A DNA stretch of 64,000 nt from Candidatus Eiseniibacteriota bacterium (GTDB taxonomy: Bacteria; Eisenbacteria; RBG-16-71-46; SZUA-252). The notes beneath the pieces were generated by a model. The model was not told the DNA's origin and did no database searches. It saw nothing but the letters and a program-made list of their open reading frames with translations. The stretch is from NCBI GenBank assembly GCA_963703225.1, contig OY969801.1:288001-352000 (forward strand), written 5' to 3'. This document shows positions 1-9,607 of the stretch, in pieces; the stretch's first letter is position 1, and every line of letters starts with the position of its first letter. A program made the position numbers and the translations under genes.

Positions 1-2
1 CC

Positions 3-542
3 CGCGGGCGGTCGCCGGAGGAAGACCTGGCGCTGGCCGGCGCGCTGCGACGAAGCGAAAAGGATCGCGCCGAAAACGTGATGATCGTGGATCTGGAACG
101 AAATGACCTCGGGCGGGTGTGCGAGATCGGCTCGGTCTCGGTGCCGCTGCTCTGCGGCATTTCGAGCCACTCGAATGTCCACCACCTGGTCTCGCGCATC
201 GAGGGACGCCTCCGCGCCGATGTGGGCCCCGTCGACGTCATTCGGGCGCTCTTTCCCGGGGGCTCGATCACCGGCGCCCCCAAGATCCGCGCCGTGGAGA
301 TCATCGACGACTTGGAGCCGGTCCGGCGTGGGGTCTACACCGGCGCGATCGGCTATTGGGACGTCTCCGGCGATTGCGACTGGAACATCGCGATTCGGAC
401 CGTCGTGGCGACCGCAGCCGGCGCTTCGTTCCACGCCGGCGGTGGCATCGTGGCCGATTCGACGCCCGAGGGCGAGTACGAGGAGACGTTGATCAAAGCG
501 AGCGGCATGATGCGGGCACTCGGCATCCAGCACGAGAGATAG
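3..542 (+). CDS. Chorismate-binding enzyme (aminodeoxychorismate synthase component I / anthranilate synthase I family), 5'-truncated by the window edge
   Basis: Open frame from the window start: SEKDRAENVMIVDLERNDLGRV, FPGGSITGAPK, RGVYTGAIG, NIAIRT, GGGIVADS. Confidence 0.9.
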   Translation, partial: RGRSPEEDLALAGALRRSEKDRAENVMIVDLERNDLGRVCEIGSVSVPLLCGISSHSNVHHLVSRIEGRLRADVGPVDVIRALFPGGSITGAPKIRAVEIIDDLEPVRRGVYTGAIGYWDVSGDCDWNIAIRTVVATAAGASFHAGGGIVADSTPEGEYEETLIKASGMMRALGIQHER

Positions 543-609
543 AGATCCAGGATTTCGCGCCATCCGCTGGGCGATCTTTCACGGGGCAATCAAGCTCGGG
601 AGGCATCCG

Positions 610-993
610 ATGGAATTCGAGGTCATCTCTTCGCCGGACACTTCTCCGGCATTTGGACCGTACTCGCAAGCGACGCGTGCGGGCGGCTTCGTCTTTGTCT
701 CGGGCCAGGCGGCAATCGATCCCAAGACCGGCAAGCTCATCGAGGGCGGAATCCGCGAGCAGACCACGCTGATTCTGAAGAATATCTCGGCGATCCTGGA
801 CGCGGCGGGAAGCGACTTAGGCCATGTCGTCAAGGTCACGATCTACCTGTCGGATTGGAAGTACTTCAAGGAGATGAACGAAGTCTACGCCACGTTCTTC
901 CCCGGCAAGGCGCCGGCGCGGGCGACGGCGCAGGGGGCGAGGTATCCCGAAGGATCCTTGCTCGCGATGGAAGCGATCGCGCTGGTGAAGTGA
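610..993 (+). CDS. RidA/YjgF family reactive-intermediate deaminase
   Basis: GPYSQA, FVSGQ, VVKVTIYL and PARAT motifs; GGAGG RBS upstream. Confidence 0.9.
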   Translation: MEFEVISSPDTSPAFGPYSQATRAGGFVFVSGQAAIDPKTGKLIEGGIREQTTLILKNISAILDAAGSDLGHVVKVTIYLSDWKYFKEMNEVYATFFPGKAPARATAQGARYPEGSLLAMEAIALVK

Positions 994-1083
994 TGAGAGG
1001 GGGCTCCGCGCGGCCTCGGGCGGGGACGCCGTGCTCCACGACGACATGGGGGCTGTCTGGCGGGCAAGGGTCTCCTTGCTTGG

Positions 1084-1557
1084 CTACCCGCGGTCGTACG
1101 CCTCCTGCAGGCCCTGGATGCTTAGCTTTTCCATCTGAAGCATCGCCTTCATAACCCGATTGGCTTTCACAGGGTCCTTGTCTCCCAACAGCTTGCCCAG
1201 GATGGAGGGAATGATCTGCCAGGAAAGCCCGAACTTGTCTGTGAGCCAGCCGCAGCGGTTCGGTTTTCCGCCGGCGGAGAGCTTCTCCCACAGCTCGTCC
1301 ACTTCCTGCTGCGTCTCGCAATTCACGAAGAGCGATATGGCCGGGGTGAAGGTGTACTCCGGGCCGCCGTTGAGCGCGTAAAAGTCCTGCCCCAGGAGCT
1401 GAAAGGTCGCCGACATGACGGACCCTTTGGGTCCGGGCCCGGCGTCTCCATATCGAGTGACCCTCACGACTTTTGAATTCTTGAAGATGGAGACATAGAA
1501 ATTCATCGCCTCTTCCGCCTTGCCATCGAACCATAGAAACGGAGTGATCTTTTGCAT
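1084..1557 (-). CDS. VOC/PhnB-like protein (3-demethylubiquinone-9 3-methyltransferase family)
   Basis: MQKITPFLWFDGKAEEA, ALNGGP and CGWLTDKFGLSWQI family motifs. Confidence 0.9.
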   Translation of the reverse strand: MQKITPFLWFDGKAEEAMNFYVSIFKNSKVVRVTRYGDAGPGPKGSVMSATFQLLGQDFYALNGGPEYTFTPAISLFVNCETQQEVDELWEKLSAGGKPNRCGWLTDKFGLSWQIIPSILGKLLGDKDPVKANRVMKAMLQMEKLSIQGLQEAYDRG

Positions 1558-2049
1558 CTAGCTCTCCTTCACCGGCGCCAGCAGCTCCGCCAGCTTGTCG
1601 AAGCTGGCTGCCACACCCTGCTCCATGGGGGACTTGAGGACCGCGTCGCGAACCTCCTTCGACGCGTAGCGAACCGTGGTCGTCAGGGTGGTCTTCCCGC
1701 CTCGCTCAACCAGCGTGGTCGTTCCGACTGCCTCGCCCTCGTACCATGGCTCGTCGAACTGCTCGGTGGCGACGATCCGCTCCGGTGGGACGACCTCGCG
1801 ATAGACGCCGCGCATCCCCATTTCGGCTCCGTCGGTACCCCGCCAGACGTAACGATAGCTGCCGCCCACCCTCAGATCGATCTCGCAGATGGCCAACGAC
1901 CAACGCCCAAACACGCCCAGCCATCGCTGGACCAGCTCGGGCTTGGTGTAGGCCTCGAAGACCATCCTTCGCGGCGCGTCGAAGATTCGGGTCATCGCGA
2001 TCTCCCGGTCGCTCGGGGTCGTGATCGTCAGACTTCCAACTGTTTTCAT
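1558..2049 (-). CDS. SRPBCC/AHSA1 family protein
   Basis: TRIFDAPRRMVFEAYTKPEL, DLRVGG and GVYREVVPPERIV; ATG at 2049 overlaps the ArsR stop. Confidence 0.9.
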   Translation of the reverse strand: MKTVGSLTITTPSDREIAMTRIFDAPRRMVFEAYTKPELVQRWLGVFGRWSLAICEIDLRVGGSYRYVWRGTDGAEMGMRGVYREVVPPERIVATEQFDEPWYEGEAVGTTTLVERGGKTTLTTTVRYASKEVRDAVLKSPMEQGVAASFDKLAELLAPVKES

Positions 2050-2408
2050 CGCGGCTTTCTCCTCCTGTGCTTGGGCCGGCTTGTCCGTGCCTTCATCTCG
2101 TCGAGCACGGCGTCGAGACGCTTGAAGCTCTGCATCCAATACTGACGATAGGTCTCCAACCACTGGGTCGCCTCCGCGAGCGGCTTGGCCTCCAGGCGGC
2201 GCGGCCGCCGCTGCGCGTCCTTGCCGCGCGAGACCAGGCCCGCGCGCTCCAATACTTTGAGATGCTTGGAGATCGCGGGCTGGCTCATCGCGAACGGCTC
2301 GGCCAGCTCCGTCACGGAGGCCTCACCCGACGCGAGCCGGGCGAGGATCGCCCGCCGGGTTGGATCCGCGAGCGCCGCGAACGTCGCGTCGAGGTGATGC
2401 GGGGTCAT
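2046..2408 (-). CDS. ArsR/SmtB family transcriptional regulator
   Basis: FAALADPTRRAILARL...ISKHLKVLERAGLV; heads the ArsR-SRPBCC-VOC operon. Confidence 0.9.
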   Translation of the reverse strand: MTPHHLDATFAALADPTRRAILARLASGEASVTELAEPFAMSQPAISKHLKVLERAGLVSRGKDAQRRPRRLEAKPLAEATQWLETYRQYWMQSFKRLDAVLDEMKARTSRPKHRRRKPR

Positions 2409-2430
2409 CGGGCCGTGGCCGAGGGTGTAC

Positions 2431-2468
2431 ATAACTGATAGGTTATATAAAGCGCCGCCGATTGTCAA
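2431..2468 (-). promoter_or_regulatory. Sigma70-type promoter with overlapping inverted-repeat operator for the ArsR operon
   Basis: TTGACA (2468-2463) with TAACCT 17 nt downstream; inverted repeat ATAAC-N6-GTTAT at 2431-2446. Confidence 0.55.
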
Positions 2469-2497
2469 GCACCAGAGATTGGGGGACCATCGCGGCC

Positions 2498-3496
2498 ATG
2501 AGAGCGATGGTTCTCGGCCGGCAATCGCCCGTCTCCTCGTCTCCGCTGGTCCTCCGGGACGTGCAGGAGCCCGTTCCCGGGCCTGGCGAGGTGCGCGTCC
2601 GCGTCCGCGCCTGCGGCCTGTGCCGCACCGACCTCCACGTGATCGAGGGGGATCTTCCTCCGAAACGCCTCCCTCTGATCCCCGGACACCAAGTGGTCGG
2701 TGTCGTCGATCAACTCGGGGCGGGAGCCAAGCGCTTCCAAGCGGGCGACCGGGTCGGGATCGCATGGCTCCGCCACACGTGCGGTCTCTGCGCCTACTGC
2801 CGCGGGGGCCGAGAAAACCTCTGCGAGTCGTCTCAATTCACCGGCTACGACGCCGACGGAGGCTACGCGGACCTGGCCGTGGTCTCGGAGGCGTTCGCGT
2901 ACAAGATCCCCGACGTCTTCGGCGACGCCGAGGCCACGCCCCTCCTCTGCGCGGGGATCATCGGCTACCGGGCGCTCCGGCGCGCCGAAGTGCCCCGTGG
3001 CGGCAAGCTCGGAATCTGGGGTTTTGGCTCGAGCGCCCACATCACGATCCAGGTCGCGCTGTCGCGCGGGTGCCGGGTCTATGTCGCGACGCGAGGCGAG
3101 ACGCATCAGGCGCTCGCGAGGGAGATGGGAGCCACCTGGGTCGGGGGCGCGCTCGATTCGCTTCCCGAAAAGGTCGACGGCGGCATCCTGTTCGCCCCCG
3201 CGGGGGAGATCGTCTCGCCCGCGCTTCGCTCGATCGACAGGGGAGGCTCGCTCGCGGTCGCCGGGATCTGGGTGAGCCCCATCCCGGGACTCGACTACGA
3301 GCGGGATCTCTTCTACGAGCGAAATCTACGCAGCGTCACCTCCAACACGCGCGCCGACGGCGAGGCGTTGCTGGCCGAGGCGGCCTCGATCCCGATCCGG
3401 CCCCGCGTGGTCGAATACCCGCTCGCGGAGGCCAACCAGGGCCTGAATCGGCTCAAGGCGGACGGGATCGACGGGACAGGCGTGCTGATCCTCTAA
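2498..3496 (+). CDS. Zinc-dependent alcohol dehydrogenase (MDR family)
   Basis: CGLCRTDLH, GHQVVG, CGLCAYC-x7-C structural zinc site and GFGSSA. Confidence 0.9.
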   Translation: MRAMVLGRQSPVSSSPLVLRDVQEPVPGPGEVRVRVRACGLCRTDLHVIEGDLPPKRLPLIPGHQVVGVVDQLGAGAKRFQAGDRVGIAWLRHTCGLCAYCRGGRENLCESSQFTGYDADGGYADLAVVSEAFAYKIPDVFGDAEATPLLCAGIIGYRALRRAEVPRGGKLGIWGFGSSAHITIQVALSRGCRVYVATRGETHQALAREMGATWVGGALDSLPEKVDGGILFAPAGEIVSPALRSIDRGGSLAVAGIWVSPIPGLDYERDLFYERNLRSVTSNTRADGEALLAEAASIPIRPRVVEYPLAEANQGLNRLKADGIDGTGVLIL

Positions 3497-3637
3497 CAGG
3501 GCAGTTTTCACGCCCTGGCAGCCGGGCGCTCGCCGCGCGCGGTGCGCCGTTGACCCTCTTCGTGGACCGGGGTAGCCTCGACGGCCTGGGCAGAAGCATG
3601 CGTCCATTTCCCCTGCGCGGACCACGCGCCCCTTCCG

Positions 3638-6286
3638 ATGGCGGACGTCAGCCTCGTAGGCAAGACACTCTCTCACTACCGCGTCATGGCCCTCGCGGGC
3701 GACGGCGGGATGGGCGTGATCTACCGTGCCTACGACCAGCGGCTCCGCCGCCCGGTCGCGCTCAAAGTGCTGCCGACGGGAATGATCGCGGACGAAGGCG
3801 CACGGCGGCACATCCGCGACGAAGCGCTCACCCTCTCGCGGCTCAACCACCCGAACATCGAGACCGTCTTCGACTTTGATTCGCAAGACGGCATCGACTT
3901 CCTGGTGATGGAGTACATCGAGGGGCGAACGCTGGCCATCGAAATCGCCGGGCGACCCCTTCCGGAACGGCGGATCGCGGAGATCGGGGCGCAGATCGCG
4001 GAGGCGCTGAGGGCGGCACACCGGAAGCACATCGTCCACCGAGACCTGAAGCCCGGAAACATCATGGTCTCGGCCGATGGACGGGTGAAGGTCTTGGACT
4101 TCGGAATCGCCAAGCTCTTCGGCCCCGCCGACCCCCTGGACACGACGCGAACGTGGCAGGAGACATCGGGCGTCAAGGGGACGCTGCCCTACATGGCGCC
4201 GGAGCAGCTGCGCGGGGAGACCGTCGACGCCCGCACCGACATCTATGCCCTCGGAGTCGTCCTCTTCGAGATGGCCTCCGGCGTGAGGCCGTTCGACCGG
4301 CCCCTCACCACGGCATTGATCGAGGAAATTTGCCACAAGCCCGCGCCGCCTCTGGGCCGGTACAACGCGAAGGTTTCACGCCGGCTCGAGGATATCGTAA
4401 CCAAGTGCCTCGAAAAGGATCCTGCCCACCGCTATCAATCCGCAATCGAAGTGAAGGTCGACCTCGAGCGTCTCGGGCGCCACGATCCCAAGCCCGTGGC
4501 CGACGAGAAGCCAAAGCGCAGGCGTCGGATTCAATGGATCCTCCCCATCGCCGCGGTCGCGGTCGCCGCGACCCTGGCACTTGTGGCGAATTGGTCCAGC
4601 GTCAGCTCGATTCTGAGCGCGATAGTCGAAAGTCTCGGCGGACAGGGAACACTTCCCGTCGAGCGACAGGTGACGTTTGTGGGCCGTGCGGCCCTTCCGG
4701 CGATCTCTCCAGACGGCAAATCCATGGCCTATGCCGATCTCGGACCCCTCGATGCGGGCGGGCCGACCCGGATCATGGTTCGCAGTCTGTCAGGCGGCAA
4801 GCCGCTCGAGGTGCTCCGCGTCAGAGAGTGCCGCAGCCTGCGCTGGTCTCGGGATGGGACGTGGCTGGCGTGCGCCGCCCTTGCGGATGAGGGCGACGGT
4901 GTCTATCTGGTTCCCCAATTCGGTGGGGAGCACAGGCGGCTTCCGTCGAGCGCCGGCATTGCGTGGAATCCGGATGGGTCGAAGCTGGTCTCCTGGCGGG
5001 CTTCGTTGCGAAGCGTCTGTTTGATCGACGTGGGGACCCGTGATACGACCATTGTCCCCATTCGCGCCGACTACCGGTGGCTCATGGACGGCGATTGGTC
5101 CCCCTCCGGGGAGCGGTTGGTTCTGCTCACTCGGGATGACCAGCAACGTCAATCGCTCTGGACGATGGAGCCCAACGGGGGCGAGCTTCGACGCGTTTAC
5201 CAGGATTCCATGGCGATTGAATCTCCCCGATGGTCTCCCTCCCACGAAGGAGTCTACTTCGTCCGATCTCGCGGCACGCTCCAAGACCTCTGCTTCCTGC
5301 CCGTTTCCGGTAGAACCGGGAAGAGGATCGGAAAGCCGCGCACCGTGCTGCCGAGCCGAAGCCTTGGCAGATGCGTCTCATTTTCGAGCGACGGAACGCT
5401 AATGCTCTACGCGCAAAGTTTCCAGCAAGAGAACTTGTGGCGGGTCGAGCTAGGGGCTACGCCCGCCGGAGAGGTACTCCATGGCGTCCCGCTCACCCAA
5501 GGCACGTTTCGTGATGAGGATCCGTCCGTCTCTCCCGACGGGAGCCGCGTCGCGTTCGCGCGCCGCGCGGGGGTTGCAGCCAACATCATGTCGATGTCTC
5601 TCGCCGGGGGCGATGAGAAGGAATTGACGTCGCTTCACTCTAGGAATTCGCAGCCGGTGTGGTCGCCGGCCGGGCAAGACGTCGCCTTCAGCTCGTCGGA
5701 GGGCGGAAAGCAGCGCGTATGGGTGGTTCCTGCCCAGGGAGGAACCCCCCACCCGTGTGGCGCCGGGCTCGCCACGAACGACCAGTATTCGATGACGTGG
5801 GCTCCGGGGGCGCGGGTCATCTATCTGCGGCCGGGGAACCAGGAGCTGGTTCTTCTCGATCCCGCGACGGGGGCCGAGGAGAAGCTCATCCGTGACCCCC
5901 CGCGGGGCTGGATGTTCTCTCCCCGCCACTCCCCTGACGGCAAGCACGTGGCCGTCGCGTGGTCCCGGACGCCCCGCAGCGGGGTCTGGGTGGTGTCGCT
6001 GTCGGACCGCTCACAACGGGAGCTCCAAGACGGCCGAGACGACTACGTCGCGGGTTGGTCGCCCGACTCCCGTTGGGTCCTCACATGGGATCCGACCGCG
6101 ATGCCGTCTTTGTTGCGCGCGCTCCCGGCCTCGGGGGGGCCGGCTCGGACCGTTGCGCGGCTGAGCCTCGACGGCCAGATTACGAATGTCGCGCTGAACC
6201 CCGACGCGACCCGCGCCGTCTGCTCCGTCGAGAAGGAAAGCTCCGATCTCTGGCTCCTCGAGCACTTCGATCGTGGGGGGCGGTAG
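3638..6286 (+). CDS. Hanks-type Ser/Thr kinase with transmembrane segment and TolB/PD40 beta-propeller repeats
   Basis: GDGGMG, VALK, HRDLKPGN, DFG and YMAPE; hydrophobic ILPIAAVAVAATLALVA; repeated SPDG/WSP motifs. Confidence 0.9.
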   Translation: MADVSLVGKTLSHYRVMALAGDGGMGVIYRAYDQRLRRPVALKVLPTGMIADEGARRHIRDEALTLSRLNHPNIETVFDFDSQDGIDFLVMEYIEGRTLAIEIAGRPLPERRIAEIGAQIAEALRAAHRKHIVHRDLKPGNIMVSADGRVKVLDFGIAKLFGPADPLDTTRTWQETSGVKGTLPYMAPEQLRGETVDARTDIYALGVVLFEMASGVRPFDRPLTTALIEEICHKPAPPLGRYNAKVSRRLEDIVTKCLEKDPAHRYQSAIEVKVDLERLGRHDPKPVADEKPKRRRRIQWILPIAAVAVAATLALVANWSSVSSILSAIVESLGGQGTLPVERQVTFVGRAALPAISPDGKSMAYADLGPLDAGGPTRIMVRSLSGGKPLEVLRVRECRSLRWSRDGTWLACAALADEGDGVYLVPQFGGEHRRLPSSAGIAWNPDGSKLVSWRASLRSVCLIDVGTRDTTIVPIRADYRWLMDGDWSPSGERLVLLTRDDQQRQSLWTMEPNGGELRRVYQDSMAIESPRWSPSHEGVYFVRSRGTLQDLCFLPVSGRTGKRIGKPRTVLPSRSLGRCVSFSSDGTLMLYAQSFQQENLWRVELGATPAGEVLHGVPLTQGTFRDEDPSVSPDGSRVAFARRAGVAANIMSMSLAGGDEKELTSLHSRNSQPVWSPAGQDVAFSSSEGGKQRVWVVPAQGGTPHPCGAGLATNDQYSMTWAPGARVIYLRPGNQELVLLDPATGAEEKLIRDPPRGWMFSPRHSPDGKHVAVAWSRTPRSGVWVVSLSDRSQRELQDGRDDYVAGWSPDSRWVLTWDPTAMPSLLRALPASGGPARTVARLSLDGQITNVALNPDATRAVCSVEKESSDLWLLEHFDRGGR

Positions 6287-8570
6287 GGAGGAGGATCGGG
6301 CAGACGGTGGGGTCTCCTTCCCGAAGCTCAAAGTATCCGAGCCCGCTCCACCCTAGGAACAGGCCGATTGGAAGCCGCCGGGCCGCGAAGCTCTCCGTCA
6401 TGCTCCGCTTCCACTCCAGCTCGATGGCCCTCCTCGCCGCCGCCACCAGATCGTCTTCGGGCGGGGGCGGGCTCTCGAGGATGCGGGCACCCTCCCTGAG
6501 GACCAGGGCGTTCCCGGCGACACCATGGCAGAGGGAAAGGCTCATGGTCCGATCCTCGAGCAGAGCCTCCAAGTAGCGGCGCGTCGTCGCGAGGCCATCG
6601 ACCGCCTCCCGCCTGACGCGGCGGTCGGAGAGTGTCCCGATCGCATGGATACGCGAGAGGGCAATCCCAGGAGCGCCGTGGCACCATCCCGTCATGAACC
6701 GCGGCCGGTATCGACGGCCGGCCGTGCCTTCGGCCGCGGTCCTAAAGTCGGGCCAGTTGGCTGCGCGTCGGTCGTAGCAGAGGCGCTCGTATGCGAAGGC
6801 GCGATGGGCGCCTGTCAGGAACCGGGCTTCGCCCCCGGCCCGATAGAGCTCGAGGAGAACGTGGGCGATTCCCGCCGTCCCGTGGGAAAGCCCCGTCAGG
6901 TTTCGAGCTCTCGGACAGCCCGGCGTGTCCCAGGAACTCGTTCCCTTCGAGCGTCGCGCTCCAGCAAGCAGTGTCCGTCCGATGCGACTCGCATGGTCGA
7001 GCAGGGCCCCCTCTCCGAGAAGGTGGCGGAGCAAAAGAAGCGCGAGAGCCGTTCCCGCCGAGCCCGAAAGAAGGTCGTACTCGCCCGACGGCCGAATGCG
7101 CGGCACCCGACCCCGTAGGAATCGGCGGACCGACTGCGCGAGCGATTCGGAGTGAAGTTTGGCCGCGATCTCGGCGGCGATCCAGGCGGTTCCCGGCCAT
7201 CCCGTGTAGAGCCCATCGCTGGAAGTCCCAGGACGCGAGCGTTCGCCGTCGAGGGCGCCGCGGATCGCTCCCAGTGCGGTGCGGCGGGCCGCTCGGTCCC
7301 CAGACAGGCGGCTCCATTCGGCGAGGAACAGGGCCACGCCGCTGGCTCCAGAGTAGAGATCGGTCCCCAGCGGGGCAGATCGCTCTTCGACCCGGGCCGT
7401 CCCGGCCCACGACGGCACCGTTTCGATCCAGGTGCAATGCCCGCCCGACCAGATGGCACGGCGGCAGATGCTCCACGCGATCGACCCCGCAAACGAGCCG
7501 TCCGGGCTGCTTCCGACGGAGCGTCGTCGGGGGATGGAGATACGCGCATGAAGCATCGGCGGGTCCGGCGCCCCCCTCGTGGAGTAGGGAGCATTCAGGT
7601 CGATCCCCTCGTCGGAGAAGCGCCGCGAGAGAAGCCGGACCTTCGCGCGGGTGCCGCGGAGCCCTCTCTCGCTCGCTACCGCGATCGTCTCCGCGAGGAG
7701 ATGGCAGCGGTGCAGACCGAAGCTCTGGCCCCCCGGCGGATCTTCCGCGAACCCCAGGCCCGGGGCGATTGGCTTGGTCCACGCGGGGACACCCGGTGAG
7801 AGGAAAAGCCGCAGCGCCGGAATGGCTCGCTCGGCGATCCGGATGACACGCCGGCCGTGCTCGGCCTGAATGCAGAGCAGAACCGAATCGCGGCGGTCGT
7901 AGAGGGCCGGGTTATCGAGAGCCTTGATCCAGTACGGGACGCCTTCACGATTGAGCGCCCGAGAGAATTGGGAGATCAACGCCACCGCCCCGTCGGCATC
8001 CAGATTCCAGTAGAACCGAAGTCGCCGGCCGCCGACATGGGAGATCGGAGCGTTGCCGAGCGCGACGTAGTGGCCGGGCGATGACGCAAGTGATTCGTTT
8101 GGAAGCCGAACGCGCACGCTGCTTCCCACGGTGGCTTTCTCGCGCGGCGGGCTGAGAATCGATTCGAGGGGTGCTCGAAGGGTCAGACCGTCTCTTTCGA
8201 TTCGAGCTTCGGCGCCATTTCGCGCGGCCAGGTTCCAGCCAGCCTCCACCAGGCCGCGTCCCCGATTCGCGCGGGACAGCGCGGCGCGGAATCGCTCGGT
8301 CATGATTGGCGGTCCTAGGGATCCCTGCCACGGGATCGGGACCACCGGGACGCCGGGGCAGAAGTACCATCGGTAGAGATGGGACACGAGCGCTCGTACC
8401 AGCATGAGCCGGCGAATGCTCGGCGGGTGATCCTCCAGCCGGTCGCCCTGAACGACGTCAAAGGGCTGCCCCAGCCAGACAAATCGGTTCGGGGAGATGA
8501 CCTCGACGGCCTCGAGCGCCGCGGTCGCGCTTAGGACGTATGGATTCGACGCCGCAGGGATCCGGATCAT
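6180..8570 (-). CDS. HopA1-like (LanY-type phosphoSer/Thr lyase) domain fused to a LanC lanthionine cyclase
   Basis: N-half has LRFYWNL, RRDSVLL and TKPIAPGLGFAEDP..SFGLHRC (HopA1 family). C-half has GxxG repeats (DLYSGASG, GLYTGWPG, DLLSGSAG), GLSHG, and WCHG/LCHG zinc ligands. Confidence 0.85.
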   Translation of the reverse strand: MIRIPAASNPYVLSATAALEAVEVISPNRFVWLGQPFDVVQGDRLEDHPPSIRRLMLVRALVSHLYRWYFCPGVPVVPIPWQGSLGPPIMTERFRAALSRANRGRGLVEAGWNLAARNGAEARIERDGLTLRAPLESILSPPREKATVGSSVRVRLPNESLASSPGHYVALGNAPISHVGGRRLRFYWNLDADGAVALISQFSRALNREGVPYWIKALDNPALYDRRDSVLLCIQAEHGRRVIRIAERAIPALRLFLSPGVPAWTKPIAPGLGFAEDPPGGQSFGLHRCHLLAETIAVASERGLRGTRAKVRLLSRRFSDEGIDLNAPYSTRGAPDPPMLHARISIPRRRSVGSSPDGSFAGSIAWSICRRAIWSGGHCTWIETVPSWAGTARVEERSAPLGTDLYSGASGVALFLAEWSRLSGDRAARRTALGAIRGALDGERSRPGTSSDGLYTGWPGTAWIAAEIAAKLHSESLAQSVRRFLRGRVPRIRPSGEYDLLSGSAGTALALLLLRHLLGEGALLDHASRIGRTLLAGARRSKGTSSWDTPGCPRARNLTGLSHGTAGIAHVLLELYRAGGEARFLTGAHRAFAYERLCYDRRAANWPDFRTAAEGTAGRRYRPRFMTGWCHGAPGIALSRIHAIGTLSDRRVRREAVDGLATTRRYLEALLEDRTMSLSLCHGVAGNALVLREGARILESPPPPEDDLVAAARRAIELEWKRSMTESFAARRLPIGLFLGWSGLGYFELREGDPTVCPILLPTAPHDRSARGARDRSFPSRRSRRRGSRRGSARHS

Positions 8571-9586
8571 GGAAGTTGATACAGCTCTCTCGCCGCATCG
8601 TCGGGGGCCGCGACGACATCGGCGGCCAACTGAATCGCGCGAAGGAGGAGCGGATCGAGGCGATCACGTTCCTGCGCGAGCTCAACCAAGCGGCCCAGGA
8701 GCCATGCGCCGGAGAGGCGGACCGACCGAGCACGCAACGCGTCGGACTCTGACCCGACGATGCCGCGGGCGGCGATGTAGCTGTTCCAGAAGAGCGGCGC
8801 GGTGCCCACGAGCCCAGGCGTCCCAAAGGCCCAGTGCCGGAGCCCTTCGCCGAGAAATGCCCCGACGTCCCATGCGGGATCTCCGGCGCCCGCCAGCTCC
8901 CAATCAATCACCGCCGTTGGCGCCCCGCTCCGTGGGATGAGGCAGTTTTCCCAACGGAGGTCGCCGTGGACGAACGAATCGGAGCGCCAGCGGTCTCGTA
9001 GCTCGTCGAGGGCGTCGGCGAATCCTTGTACACGTTGCGTGGAGCGGACGATCTGGAGCGAGGCCGGGCTCATCTCGCGTAGGGCCCCGATGGTTGGGTG
9101 CGGGATGGAGAGCGGCCAAGGGATCTTGGATCGGCGGTCAGCTCCGCGAAGCGAGCGGCTCCGTGGCGGCGGCATGCCGTGGAGAGAACCGAGTGCGGCC
9201 CCGGCGCCTCGTAGCGCTCGGGGCGGCAGCGTGCCCGTCGTGCGCGCATGTTCTTCGAGGCTGCGCGCCGATCGCAGGCGATCGAGGACAAGGATGCCGC
9301 TGCGCGCGCCGTATCGCGCGACCCGCGGGAGGGAGCGATGGAGCGCTTGTGGATGGGGGGCATCGCGGAGCTTCCGAAGCGCCCATGCCTCGCGCGCCAC
9401 CGCGGCCCGCCCGGCCACTCCGCACCCCTGCTTGACGAACCAACCGCCGCGTCCAGAGAGAACGAATTCGAAGCAGCGATTTCGGCCCGAGCGCTCCACA
9501 ACCCCGAAGGAGGGCGAGCTCACATCCCGGCCGCGGAGCATCCCGCGCCGGATCAGATACCGTGCGATTTCCTCCGCGGGGCTCAT
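8567..9586 (-). CDS. Aminoglycoside-phosphotransferase-family kinase (LanK-like)
   Basis: FVKQ, HGDLRWEN and IDWELAGAGDPAWD; ATGA overlap with the HopA1-LanC gene. Confidence 0.85.
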   Translation of the reverse strand: MSPAEEIARYLIRRGMLRGRDVSSPSFGVVERSGRNRCFEFVLSGRGGWFVKQGCGVAGRAAVAREAWALRKLRDAPHPQALHRSLPRVARYGARSGILVLDRLRSARSLEEHARTTGTLPPRALRGAGAALGSLHGMPPPRSRSLRGADRRSKIPWPLSIPHPTIGALREMSPASLQIVRSTQRVQGFADALDELRDRWRSDSFVHGDLRWENCLIPRSGAPTAVIDWELAGAGDPAWDVGAFLGEGLRHWAFGTPGLVGTAPLFWNSYIAARGIVGSESDALRARSVRLSGAWLLGRLVELAQERDRLDPLLLRAIQLAADVVAAPDDAARELYQLP

Positions 9587-9607
9587 CGGCCAAGCCTCGG
9601 CCGTCGT

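Noticed and set aside
6180..6280. Arg-rich C-terminal extension of LanC as a functional domain
   Set aside because: LanC similarity ends near DPTVCPILL; the tail is most likely run-on into the antisense kinase gene.
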